DNA of 52,422 nucleotides from Gemmatimonadaceae bacterium (GCA_013817545.1 JACDCM010000001.1:1-52422), one strand, 5' to 3'. Counted from the first letter of the stretch, positions 35,356 through 45,922 are shown. Program-made: numbers and translations. The notes: a model not told the origin generated them from the sequence alone.

Positions 35356-37811
35356 TGCGCCTGCACACCCTCAAGCTCGAAAACTTCCGTCAGCACGCGG
35401 ACACGCAGATCGACTTTCATTCCGGCCTCACCGGCATCATAGGACCTAACGGGTCCGGTAAGAGCACAATCCTGGAGGCGATTGCCTGGGCAATCTATGG
35501 CAACGCAGCGGCGCGTGGCACACGTGACAGCATTCGATTCTATCGCGCCAAGCCCCGGGCCTCCGTTCGGGTAACGCTCGACTTCGAGCTTGGTGGACAT
35601 GGGTATCGCGTTGTGCGGGGGCTCACGACTGCCGATTTGTATCTCGACGGGGGGTCCGCCTCCATCGCTACAACCACCACAGGCGTAACGGAGCTGCTTC
35701 GCAAGCGAATCGGTATGTCGCGCGATGAGTTCTTCAGCACGTACTTCACGGGCCAGAAAGAGCTTAGTGTGATGGCCGCGATGGGTCCGTCCGAGCGCGG
35801 CCAATTTCTCTCTCGCGTGCTTGGTTACGAGCGGCTGCGAGGAGCTCAGGACCTTGCGCGGCGCCGTCGGCAGGAGTTCGTGGCCGAGATCGGCGGCCTG
35901 CGGCAGGGAATGTCGGATGCGGTTCAGATAACGGCGCGTGTTGGCTTTGCGAGGAAGGCTTTGACGTCGGCGGAGCAGCTTGCCGCCGCGGCGGAGAGAC
36001 GCAAGCAGGAGGCGGATCGGGCTCTCTCGGCCATTCGTCCCACATGGGAGTCATCGCAGCAGGAGCGCGAGCGGCTTCAGGCCCTGCTGGTTGACTTGCG
36101 CCTGGCAGAGGCGGAGCACGCCGCTCATCGGCGCGAACTGGAACGCCTCGATCGCGATTTCGCAGAGACCGCCGCCGCACGAGAGACGCTGCAGCCTCTC
36201 GAGGAGGGTCTTCTCTCGTTCAATAGTCTCGTAAGCGAATTCCAGCGGCAGGACGCGCTGGCACGGGAGGAGGGGCGCCGCTCCGCACTTATTCGGGAGC
36301 GGGGCGCGCTATCGGAAGAGCTTCGCGGTCTCCAGGAACGGCAACGAAGGATGGAACAGGCACCCGCGCTCGAAGGGGAAACGATCGAGGCACTCAAAAC
36401 GAAGCGCGAGCAAGCCGTAAATACCGATCGTGAACTCGAGGTCAGGCGTACTGACTGGACGCGCGATCAGCAGGAAGCATCGACGAAACGGGAAACGCTA
36501 CGAAAACAATACGCCGAGCTCAAGGAACAGCGAGAGCAGCTGAAGCGCGCCGGGCCCGATGGCATTTGCCCCACGTGCATGCGGCCGCTTGGCACCAATT
36601 TTCAGTCAGTGCTTGAGCTACTTGGCGACCAGATGGAAACCGTGCTGGTGGATGGGCGGTACTACAAGGACCGGCTTGAGCAGCTCACGCAGCGTCCGGA
36701 GGAACTGGTTGTGCTCGAGGAGCGACGGCGCGCACTATACGAGGACCTCACCAGCGTCGAGCGCCGCTTGACGAAAATTCAGGTCGCGATTCAAGAGAAA
36801 GCTCAACTCTCGGCGGAACTACAGGCCAAGGAGAAGCGAGAGGCGCTTCTTACCAGCGAGTTGGACACAATACCCGCGGGCTACGATGCCCATTCCCACC
36901 AGAGCATCCGTGTGGAATTGGAACGCCTTGGACCGATCGACCAGAAGGCCGCGCGCCTTCGCATGCAAATCGAGCGAGAGCCGCAAATAATCTCTGAACG
37001 GAACAGAGTGGCTGCAGCGCTTGCGCACTCAGCCGAGCTCGTCAGCGTTCTGAGCGCGGAGCGCGCGACAGCCGCATTCTCGGAGGACGTATTTCTCAGA
37101 CTCCGGGATGCGCACGCAAAAGCAGCTGCGGAGTTGCATGCCGCCGAGCTGCAGGCGGCATCGGTGACTAGCACAATGCAGGGTGCACAGGCTGCGCTCA
37201 CCGCCGCCGAAAATGCGGCGCGCGAGCTTTTGGAACGACAGAAACTCCTCGATGAGCTGAACATACAACGCCGCCTGCATGAAGAGCTCGACCGCGCGTT
37301 CAGTGACCTGCGCGGCGATCTCAACGCCGAAATGGGTCCCGAGCTTTCCGACATAGCCAGCGCGTTGCTCGGCGAGCTCACGGATGGGCGGTATACTCGC
37401 CTGCAGCTGGACGAGCACTACGACGTCATCGTACACGAAGATGAAATTGCCAAGCCGGTGATCTCGGGAGGTGAGGAGGATCTGGCGAATCTCGTCCTCC
37501 GCCTCGCTGTCTCTCAGATGATCGCCGAACGTGCGGGGCAACCGCTGTCGTTGCTTATTCTCGACGAGATATTCGGCTCTCTCGATGAAATGCGGCGCGC
37601 AAGTGTGCTCGCGCTGCTGCGCCAGCTCAAGGACCGGTTCGAACAGGTGATTGTCATCACTCACATCGAATCCGTGCGCGAGGCACTCGATCGCATGATT
37701 ACAGTGAGGTACGATGATACGACCGGATCGTCGGTCGTTGAGCAATCACGCTCGACCGGACGTGGAAAGCCGGAGACCCGGCGGACCGAAGAAGCGGGAG
37801 CGGCGGACTGA
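35355..37811 (+). CDS. sbcC: Rad50/SbcC-family ATPase
   Basis: The N-terminus is LKLENFRQH...GPNGSGKSTILEAIAWAIYG. A long coiled coil carries the zinc hook GICPTCMRP. The C-terminal signature is SGGEEDLANLVLRLA and Walker B is LLILDEIFGSLD. The GTG start overlaps the sbcD stop by 1 nt (TAGTG). Confidence 0.88.
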   Translation: MRLHTLKLENFRQHADTQIDFHSGLTGIIGPNGSGKSTILEAIAWAIYGNAAARGTRDSIRFYRAKPRASVRVTLDFELGGHGYRVVRGLTTADLYLDGGSASIATTTTGVTELLRKRIGMSRDEFFSTYFTGQKELSVMAAMGPSERGQFLSRVLGYERLRGAQDLARRRRQEFVAEIGGLRQGMSDAVQITARVGFARKALTSAEQLAAAAERRKQEADRALSAIRPTWESSQQERERLQALLVDLRLAEAEHAAHRRELERLDRDFAETAAARETLQPLEEGLLSFNSLVSEFQRQDALAREEGRRSALIRERGALSEELRGLQERQRRMEQAPALEGETIEALKTKREQAVNTDRELEVRRTDWTRDQQEASTKRETLRKQYAELKEQREQLKRAGPDGICPTCMRPLGTNFQSVLELLGDQMETVLVDGRYYKDRLEQLTQRPEELVVLEERRRALYEDLTSVERRLTKIQVAIQEKAQLSAELQAKEKREALLTSELDTIPAGYDAHSHQSIRVELERLGPIDQKAARLRMQIEREPQIISERNRVAAALAHSAELVSVLSAERATAAFSEDVFLRLRDAHAKAAAELHAAELQAASVTSTMQGAQAALTAAENAARELLERQKLLDELNIQRRLHEELDRAFSDLRGDLNAEMGPELSDIASALLGELTDGRYTRLQLDEHYDVIVHEDEIAKPVISGGEEDLANLVLRLAVSQMIAERAGQPLSLLILDEIFGSLDEMRRASVLALLRQLKDRFEQVIVITHIESVREALDRMITVRYDDTTGSSVVEQSRSTGRGKPETRRTEEAGAAD

Positions 37812-37827
37812 TGCAGCAACCGGCTTG

Positions 37828-38802
37828 ATGGCCGTCTCGAGAGTACGTAGCCATGCTCGCGTTACCGGGCCTGTAATTGCGCGCGCCGCCGATATCCCCG
37901 CTCTCAACACCGTCTTCAGTGACGCGTTCACCGAGCGGTATCGCAGGGATGGAATGACGGGAGTCCGTGTTCCCTTTCTGAATCCGAGCATCTGGTTGTA
38001 CTCGGTCGAGGATGCTGCTGGAGGCGCGCTGGTATGGCGGGATGAGCGTGACGAAATCATTGCGTTCAACATGGTCCACCAATCCGGCGTTGAGGGCTGG
38101 ATGGGACCGCTGTCCGTACGTCCCGAGCGGCAGGGGCGCGGGCTGGGCAAGGAAATCGTGCGGGCGGGGGTAGAGCGTCTCAAGGCTAACGGTGCGACGA
38201 CCATTGGTCTGGAAACGATGCCTCGAACGATGGACAACATTGGCTTTTACTCGAGCCTGGGCTTTATCCCAGGGCCGTTGACGATCACGCTTACGCTGGA
38301 AGCGATGGTGAGCGAGAGGGCACCATACCTTCTGGGAAGTTTGTCGCGCCATGACAAGAGGGCGGCGATCGCTCAATGCGGCGCGCTGACGTCCGCGCTC
38401 ATGCCTGGATACGACTTCGGACGCGAGCTGTTGATTACAGACACCCTTGGCATTGGTGAGACTGTGCTGATGTGGCGAGCGGACCGCATCGTTGGCGTCG
38501 CGCTGTGCCATTCGGCGTCGCTCGTCGAAGGAAGGGCCGGCGAGGAAATGCGAGTGCTCAAGTTGGTGCTCGAGCGGGAAACTGACCTCGAGCAATTTGC
38601 GCGCACTCTTGCCGACTTCGCGCGGCGGCGCTCCGCTCAGCGAGTCGCCTTTCGAGTACAGACGGAGTATCTGTCGGCGTATGAGCGACTGGTAGCGATG
38701 GGCGCCCGGGTGCGCTGGACGGACCTCCGAATGACACTCAAAGGGTTTGGGGAAGCCAAGGCGAAGGGAGGGGGTTTGGTGTGGTCTAATTGGGAGATAT
38801 AG
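37828..38802 (+). CDS. GNAT family N-acetyltransferase with an additional C-terminal domain
   Basis: Acetyl-CoA motif RPERQGRGLGKEIVRAGVERLKANG. The start was chosen at MAVSRV (37828). The ORF is open from 37714 but would then overlap sbcC. Confidence 0.75.
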   Translation: MAVSRVRSHARVTGPVIARAADIPALNTVFSDAFTERYRRDGMTGVRVPFLNPSIWLYSVEDAAGGALVWRDERDEIIAFNMVHQSGVEGWMGPLSVRPERQGRGLGKEIVRAGVERLKANGATTIGLETMPRTMDNIGFYSSLGFIPGPLTITLTLEAMVSERAPYLLGSLSRHDKRAAIAQCGALTSALMPGYDFGRELLITDTLGIGETVLMWRADRIVGVALCHSASLVEGRAGEEMRVLKLVLERETDLEQFARTLADFARRRSAQRVAFRVQTEYLSAYERLVAMGARVRWTDLRMTLKGFGEAKAKGGGLVWSNWEI

Positions 38803-39128
38803 CAGGCCTCTTCGGCCGCGTGCGTATCTCGGTTACCAACGGGCTTATATGTAGGACTACAGCATTTTGACGTCGCACAGAAACACAGCTAAAATTATAC
38901 AGAAGCTGTGCCTTTTCCTCCGGAGTCTTCGCCCTGATGACACCGCGCCGTAAACGGACGATCGCTGGCTCTCCCGCGGTAAAGCAATCACGACGGGCCC
39001 CGAACGCCGGGGATACGGCACTGTATAAGCGCCGGGTTGCGGAGGGCCTCGGCGGTCTTGTTTCGTACGGGGCATCAGCGGGTGTTTTTGCCCCGACAGG
39101 ACGGCACGACGACTGGACCCGCAAAAAC

Positions 39129-39302
39129 ATGGATATGGATCAGAACAAGCTCGATGCCGCCAAGAAGATCCTTGGTGTGAGAACCGAGACCGACGCCGTT
39201 GATGCGGCGCTCGACCTCGTGCTGTTCCATAGCGAGGTGCGCGCCGGCATCGACCGCATGGTGGCCGCTGGGGGGATCGGCGACGTCTATGAGCGCGGGT
39301 AG
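39129..39302 (+). CDS. vapB: Type II antitoxin, VapB family (57 aa)
   Basis: MDMDQNKLDAAKKILGVRTETDAVDAALDLVLF resembles the VapB-type antitoxin N-terminus. The stop is 3 nt before the PIN-domain gene. Confidence 0.6.
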   Translation: MDMDQNKLDAAKKILGVRTETDAVDAALDLVLFHSEVRAGIDRMVAAGGIGDVYERG

Positions 39303-39305
39303 GTC

Positions 39306-39739
39306 ATGCCGAAGTACGCGCTCGATATCAATGTGTATATCGATGCATTCAGGAATGAAGGAAAGGCCGCGGAGCTGAAGAGTTTCTCGCGGCCTTTCTG
39401 CCATTTACCTATCTCAACGCAATCGTCATTATGGAACTACGCGCTGGAGCACGCACGCGGCGCCAGGCGGCTGCGCTCGAGATGAGCGTCATCGCGCCCT
39501 TTGCTCGGCGGCGGCGCGTCTTCGCGCCATCAGCTGGCGCGTTTCAGGAATGCGGTCGTGTGCTCGCGGACGTGGCAGCGGATGGTCTGACCGTGGATAG
39601 TAGACGGTCGCTGATCAGCGACGTCCTACTCGCCGCTTCCTGCAAAGAGGTTGGTGTAACGTTGGTAACTCACGATGCGGACTACCGCGTGATCGGACGC
39701 CGGCTCAAGGGATTTGGCTTCGTAAAGCCATTCCCCTGA
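39306..39739 (+). pseudogene. vapC: PIN-domain toxin VapC, disrupted by a frameshift
   Basis: ATG 39306 gives MPKYALDINVYIDAFRNEGKAAEL (first acidic residue D7), then runs into a stop. The rest (EEFLAAFLPFTYLNAIVIMELRAGAR...SDVLLAASC...LVTHDADY...) is in the -1 frame, open from 39359 to 39739. The frames join near 39375-39380. Confidence 0.7.
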
Positions 39740-39791
39740 AATCGAAGGCATCGCGTGCCGGAGCGGGACCGATCACGCTTCGTGAACGCTA

Positions 39792-40031
39792 CTACCCCCG
39801 ATCACTCCGCTTCCGCTTTGGCACCCCCTCCTCCCGATCACCCGGCGTTCCTCGCGCCACGATTCCCCAGATTACGCAAAAAACTCCCAGCGTGAGAAAA
39901 AGATGAACCCATCCTGGCCCCTCGAAAGCGAACGTAGCCACCGCCCATCCAATCAGCATAACCACACCAGCAGGGATGGCTGACTTCTCGATGTAACGTT
40001 CTCGTTCGCTGCGCGTCTCTCTAGTGTTCAT
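39792..40031 (-). CDS. Small membrane protein (two TM helices)
   Basis: A 79 aa ORF: IPAGVVMLIGWAVATFAF and VHLFLTLGVFCVIWGIVA flanked by charged termini. I recognise no family. Confidence 0.4.
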   Translation of the reverse strand: MNTRETRSERERYIEKSAIPAGVVMLIGWAVATFAFEGPGWVHLFLTLGVFCVIWGIVARGTPGDREEGVPKRKRSDRG

Positions 40032-40035
40032 GTGA

Positions 40036-40064
40036 TTGACTCACCTCTGAGCGATATCTAAATT
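40036..40064 (+). promoter_or_regulatory. Sigma70-type promoter candidate (TTGACT-N17-TAAATT)
   Basis: The -35 TTGACT is at 40036-40041, followed by a 17-nt spacer and the -10 TAAATT at 40059-40064. The predicted start near 40071 is just 5' of the long-range helix. Confidence 0.5.
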
Positions 40065-40070
40065 GCATTC

Positions 40071-40272
40071 CAGTTGGGAACGAAGAGCCTTAATTTTTGA
40101 GCCAACAAGTCCACCGGGTGGGTTCGACAAACCATATTGACGTCATGCCCCAGTGCGGGGAAGGCGGAAGGTGTGGTGAGGACCTCATACATTCGACTGG
40201 GCTTCAAAAAAACCTCTTCGTTCCTTCTTTTTCGGGGGCCCCGCCGCAAGGCGGGGCTCTCGTGTTTTCTGC
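40071..40272 (+). ncRNA. Unclassified structured RNA candidate (riboswitch-like leader of folE, or an independent 6S-like sRNA)
   Basis: A perfect 11-bp long-range helix joins 40077-40087 and 40214-40224. It is extended by 7+3+4+4 further base pairs. An apical hairpin CCCC/GGGG sits at 40148-40160. A terminator hairpin sits at 40238-40257 and is followed by a U-run. Confidence 0.4.
40235..40272 (+). terminator. Intrinsic terminator/attenuator candidate upstream of folE
   Basis: An 8-bp GC stem, GCCCCGCC and GGCGGGGC, closes a GCAA tetraloop (40238-40257). It is extendable by G-U and G-C pairs. CGTGTTTTCT follows. Confidence 0.5.
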
Positions 40273-40352
40273 CACAAGCCGACCGACTCAGCGATCGAAC
40301 AAGTTAGATTCCCACCGCAATCGCTACAAGCACCACAGTGAAAGGGACGACG

Positions 40353-41084
40353 ATGACAGATGCCAAAATGAAGTACGGCCGGGACCCCGAAGGAGATGGT
40401 TCCAACGCGTCCGAAGCTGACCCGCCCGCGAAAGGAATTGTGGCGCGCCGCCGAACGTCGAGCGAGATCGCGTCACCCACCGCTGGTTGGGGGCTCGACC
40501 TCGACGACGCCCCGGTTCGCGACGCCGAATTCGAGGATGTCGTCCGTCGCATGTTGGAGCTCGTGGGGGAAGATCCCGATCGGGAAGGACTTCTGCGAAC
40601 TCCACAGCGCGTTGCGAACGCCCTCACCTGGCTCACGCGCGGCTATGAGACCGATGTCAAGGACGTTGTTGGCAACGCGATATTCGAAGAGACTCATGAG
40701 AACATGGTTCTTGTGCGCGACATCGACCTGTATTCGCTCTGCGAGCATCACATGCTGCCATTCTTCGGCAGAGCTCACGTCGCGTACATCCCGGACGGCA
40801 AGATCGTGGGCTTGTCCAAACTGCCCCGAATAGTCGATGTCTTCGCTCGCAGGCTCCAGGTCCAGGAGCGCCTTACCGAGCAAATCGCGCAGGCAATACA
40901 GGATGTTCTTCAGCCGCGCGGCGTCGGTGTGGTAATCGAGGCGAACCATCTCTGCATGATGATGCGCGGCGTAGAGAAGCAAAACTCCAGAACCATCACG
41001 TCGGCGCTTCGCGGCGCATTCCGGACCGATGCGAAGACTCGCGAGGAGTTTCTCCATCTCGCGCACAACTCGTCCATGCGGTGA
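40353..41084 (+). CDS. folE: GTP cyclohydrolase I (FolE type I)
   Basis: [55 protein letters not shown] and HLCMMMRGV. The ATG at 40353 is preferred. The ORF is open from GTG 40338. An N-terminal extension of about 55 aa precedes the conserved core. Confidence 0.93.
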   Translation: MTDAKMKYGRDPEGDGSNASEADPPAKGIVARRRTSSEIASPTAGWGLDLDDAPVRDAEFEDVVRRMLELVGEDPDREGLLRTPQRVANALTWLTRGYETDVKDVVGNAIFEETHENMVLVRDIDLYSLCEHHMLPFFGRAHVAYIPDGKIVGLSKLPRIVDVFARRLQVQERLTEQIAQAIQDVLQPRGVGVVIEANHLCMMMRGVEKQNSRTITSALRGAFRTDAKTREEFLHLAHNSSMR

Positions 41085-41794
41085 TGGGAGGGTTGGAGGG
41101 GCGGAGCGCAGTCGTTACCGGAGCATCGCGAGGTATCGGCCTCGCGACTGCGCGCGCGCTCGCCGACGCTGGTGCGCGCGTCGTGATGCTGGCGCGCGGA
41201 GCGGACGCGCTTCGTGAACGCGCCGCCGAAATCGGAGCATCGGCGGTTGACCTGCCGTGCGACGTCGCCGACCAGACCGCCATCGTGCGCGCCGCGCAAC
41301 ATATTCTGACCGAGCTCGGCGGCGCGCCCGATATTCTGGTCAACAATGCCGGCCTGTTCATGCTCGGCAAAATCGATGCGATTTCGCAAGCTGACTTTAC
41401 CGCCTCGGTCGAGGTGAATCTCATTGCGCCTTTCGTGCTCGTCAGAGCCTTTCTTCCGGCCATGCGCGAGCGCGGGAGCGGCCATCTCATCACGGTCGGC
41501 TCGATCGCCGACAGACAGATCTTTCCCGAGAACGCGGCTTATGCCGCGAGCAAGTTCGGAGTGCGCGCCCTGCATGAAGTCGTGCGGGCCGAGCTTCGCG
41601 GCACGGGCATTCGGGCCACGCTGGTTTCGCCAGGACCAACGGACACACCGCTGTGGGATCCTATGCATGCGCGCGCCGATCTTGCGCCGCGCACGGCCAT
41701 GCTATCCGCCGAAGCGACGGCCGACGCGATCATGTACGCGGTGACGCGCCCCGCGACTGTCAATGTCGATGAGCTGCGCCTCACTAGATCCTAG
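41081..41794 (+). CDS. Short-chain dehydrogenase/reductase (SDR)
   Basis: Cofactor motif [27 protein letters not shown], plus NNAG and the catalytic YAASK. ATGA overlap with the folE stop. Confidence 0.88.
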   Translation: MMGGLEGRSAVVTGASRGIGLATARALADAGARVVMLARGADALRERAAEIGASAVDLPCDVADQTAIVRAAQHILTELGGAPDILVNNAGLFMLGKIDAISQADFTASVEVNLIAPFVLVRAFLPAMRERGSGHLITVGSIADRQIFPENAAYAASKFGVRALHEVVRAELRGTGIRATLVSPGPTDTPLWDPMHARADLAPRTAMLSAEATADAIMYAVTRPATVNVDELRLTRS

Positions 41795-41822
41795 TTCGAA
41801 GTCCGCCATCCGCGTCTGAACG

Positions 41823-42497
41823 ATGCACGTTGATCTGCTCGAGTTTCTTCGCTGCGTGAGGCCTCACGAACCGAGCTGGCTCGTTGCGACGGTGGATCGC
41901 GTCGAGGAACGTGACATTTTGTTAGGCCGCCTTGGCTGTCCCGTATGTGGCACCGAGTATTCGATAGATAGGGGCGTCGCGGATTTTAGAGGCGATGCGA
42001 GCCAAAGCGCTACCCGCGCGGCAGCCACTTCACCCATCTCACCGTACATTGATCCGCCCGCGACCAACGATCTCGCCTTACGCGCCGCCGCTCTTCTCGA
42101 TCTCACCACGCCAGGTGGTTTTGTGCTACTGGCTGGAGCCTGGAGCGTGGCTGCATTCGAGTTGGTCGCACTCCTGGATAGCGTCCACGCACTGGTCCTG
42201 AATCCCGCAACGCATGTCGCTTCTGGGTACGGTGTCTCAGTCGTATTGTGCGACGATGACGTCCCGATTCGGCCAGGCTCCTCGCGAGGCGCGGCGCTGG
42301 ACGCCAGGCATTCAACCCCCGAATGGATCGCTGAAACCACTGCGGCAGTCCGGGCTCACGGAAGGATAGTGGCGCATGCGGATGCCCAAATTCCCGGCGA
42401 TGTGACCGTTCTTGCCCGCGATGCGCGCAACTGGGTAGCGGAAACAACTCGGGCGTCCGCGAGCATTGTTCAGATCACTCGCACCCGCCCGGCTTAA
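41823..42497 (+). CDS. Hypothetical protein with an N-terminal Trm112-like zinc-ribbon segment
   Basis: LLEFLRCV...GRLGCPVCGTEYSIDRGVADF resembles the Trm112/DUF343 fold. I do not recognise the C-terminal ~150 aa. Confidence 0.4.
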   Translation: MHVDLLEFLRCVRPHEPSWLVATVDRVEERDILLGRLGCPVCGTEYSIDRGVADFRGDASQSATRAAATSPISPYIDPPATNDLALRAAALLDLTTPGGFVLLAGAWSVAAFELVALLDSVHALVLNPATHVASGYGVSVVLCDDDVPIRPGSSRGAALDARHSTPEWIAETTAAVRAHGRIVAHADAQIPGDVTVLARDARNWVAETTRASASIVQITRTRPA

Positions 42498-42510
42498 AGC
42501 GTAGCCTCGG

Positions 42511-42569
42511 TCAGCCATCAGCCATCAGCCATCAGCCATCAGCGATCAAACCATCGGCCATCAGCCATC
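42511..42569. repeat. CAGCCAT heptamer tandem array
   Basis: (CAGCCAT)x4 CAGCGAT CAAACCAT CGGCCAT CAGCCAT CA. It lies between convergent gene ends. I found no inverted partner nearby. Confidence 0.9.
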
Positions 42570-42572
42570 ATT

Positions 42573-43082
42573 TCACGGCTTCGCAACCTTGGGATCGACG
42601 CTCTGACCAGCCGCTTTAGCGGCCGCCTTCCTGTGCCACACCGAAGTTGGTCGAATTGATTCCCCCCGCGAGTCGGCGAACAACATGGAGTTGTCGGCTG
42701 CTGTTGCGATTACCGAGACCGGTGTGCCGACCGGCATTACGGGGTCGGAGCTTCCGCCCTGCGCGCGGCTGTTCGTCCGTGGCGTGAGAGTCAGCGGTCC
42801 TCCGCTTGGGTCAGCGAAAGCGTCGCCCGCGATCACGAGCGGCTGTTGAGCGGTATAGTGCGCGGTTAGCGCGAATCTTCCGGGCGAAAGATTGAGTTCA
42901 ACGATACGAGCACCCACAAAAGCGGTCGAATCGGAAGACGTCGCAAGTATCCAGTCTCCGTAAATGCTCGCGCTCTGTGCCGGCGTGTGGGCTGGATTCC
43001 TCTCCTGCAAGCGCCCGCGGCGCTGGCCACCGCAAGCGCCCGCCAGAGCAACGATCGCCAGCAACTTTACTATTCGATACAC
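42573..43082 (-). CDS. Hypothetical lipoprotein
   Basis: The GTG start is preceded by GGAGGA with a 6-nt spacing. Signal peptide with lipobox LAGAC. The 169 aa protein belongs to no family I recognise. Confidence 0.5.
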   Translation of the reverse strand: MYRIVKLLAIVALAGACGGQRRGRLQERNPAHTPAQSASIYGDWILATSSDSTAFVGARIVELNLSPGRFALTAHYTAQQPLVIAGDAFADPSGGPLTLTPRTNSRAQGGSSDPVMPVGTPVSVIATAADNSMLFADSRGESIRPTSVWHRKAAAKAAGQSVDPKVAKP

Positions 43083-43207
43083 AGCTTATCCTCCCCTGAG
43101 TCTGACAACAATTCCTGGGACACCATTTCGCCAGCCGCATTCACGTTCGGATACCGGGGGCCCGAGCGCAAGGTTCCATGTGTTTGTGACTCTGCAACCA
43201 GGAGCCT

Positions 43208-45067
<1,860 letters not shown>

Positions 45068-45097
45068 TCTCCAGTGGTACGTGGTGTGGAGTCGATT

Positions 45098-45922
45098 CTA
45101 CGGCTGCCGAACAATTTGGACGACAAAACGTACCGGGCTCCCGGGCACCAGCGAGTTATCCGGCCGAGTCGCTGTCGCTTCGACGACGACAGAATCGGGT
45201 ACGATCCTGACTGCGGCCGAAAAGCGAAGGCGTCGCGCGGCAACGCCCTGCGCGTCCGTCGTGTCTACGACCGACGGCCGATCCGCTTCGTTCGTGAGAA
45301 CCACTCGCGTGGTGTCAGTCACCGAAGCGGAATCACCAGTAGGTGCGGCAATTCGAAAACGCACCAGGTAATTCGGAACAGCCACTGAGGTATCCGCACC
45401 GCCCACTGTAAGGCTGTCATGACCCAGAAATACGCGCAGGTCTCCACTGTTTGTGGCTCCCTGCAGGGAGAATGGCATGGACCTGCGAAGGCTGTCGAGT
45501 CCGAAAAGCGTGTCGGGGCGCAGCGTTACGCGAATCGTAATTCGCTCGGATTGAAGCCCGCCTATGCTGGCGATCACTGTAGCCTGTCCGGACCTCCGTC
45601 CGAAGATTCGGCCCGTAATGCTGTCGACCGTTACGATACCGGTGTCGAGGATGTAGAAGCGGATCGGTGCGTCCGAGATGACATCGTTGCTCGAGTTGAA
45701 TGCGCGGGCACTGAGTGAAACTACCTGGCCCGAGCTGTCGCGTAGCGAGTCGCCAACAACGATGGCCGGTAATTCAACAGGGTCAATCTCGATCGCCACT
45801 GCCGCGTCCGGATCGGTTCCGAACTCGCTGCATGACAGAAGCACTGCTCCCATGGTGAGCGAAGTCAGAGCGAATGATGCAAGCGAGAACACCCACCGGT
45901 TCACGAAGCTTCCTGAAGTCAT
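45098..45922 (-). CDS. Hypothetical lipoprotein with bacterial Ig-like (Big_2-like) repeats
   Basis: Signal peptide with lipobox LLSC. Segments such as GQATVIASIGGLQSERITIRV resemble Big_2 domains. It overlaps the ParA-like gene by 4 nt. Confidence 0.5.
   Translation of the reverse strand: MTSGSFVNRWVFSLASFALTSLTMGAVLLSCSEFGTDPDAAVAIEIDPVELPAIVVGDSLRDSSGQVVSLSARAFNSSNDVISDAPIRFYILDTGIVTVDSITGRIFGRRSGQATVIASIGGLQSERITIRVTLRPDTLFGLDSLRRSMPFSLQGATNSGDLRVFLGHDSLTVGGADTSVAVPNYLVRFRIAAPTGDSASVTDTTRVVLTNEADRPSVVDTTDAQGVAARRLRFSAAVRIVPDSVVVEATATRPDNSLVPGSPVRFVVQIVRQP

Noticed and set aside
34126-37811. The SbcCD-like pair as a novel SMC/Rad50-type anti-phage system
   Set aside because: The gene order, complete Mre11 phosphoesterase motifs, zinc hook and housekeeping flanks match canonical sbcDC. 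Nothing in the sequence itself points to a defence function.
38937-39128. Longer form of the VapB ORF (121 aa, from 38937)
   Set aside because: The upstream 64 codons are Arg/Ala/Gly-rich with no antitoxin similarity. The recognisable VapB N-terminus begins at the MDMDQNKL start at 39129.
40111-40130. tRNA or tmRNA-like T-arm (GGGTTCGACAAACC)
   Set aside because: The flanks do not form a T-stem, acceptor stem or anticodon arm. No tRNA cloverleaf can be drawn. The segment fits better as the apical part of the structured RNA candidate.
38866-40144. TTGACGTC words at 38867 and 40137 as direct repeats (att-like) flanking the VapBC islet
   Set aside because: Only 8 nt are shared. An 8-mer match between two intergenic regions of a few hundred nt each is expected by chance. 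No integrase or tRNA is nearby.
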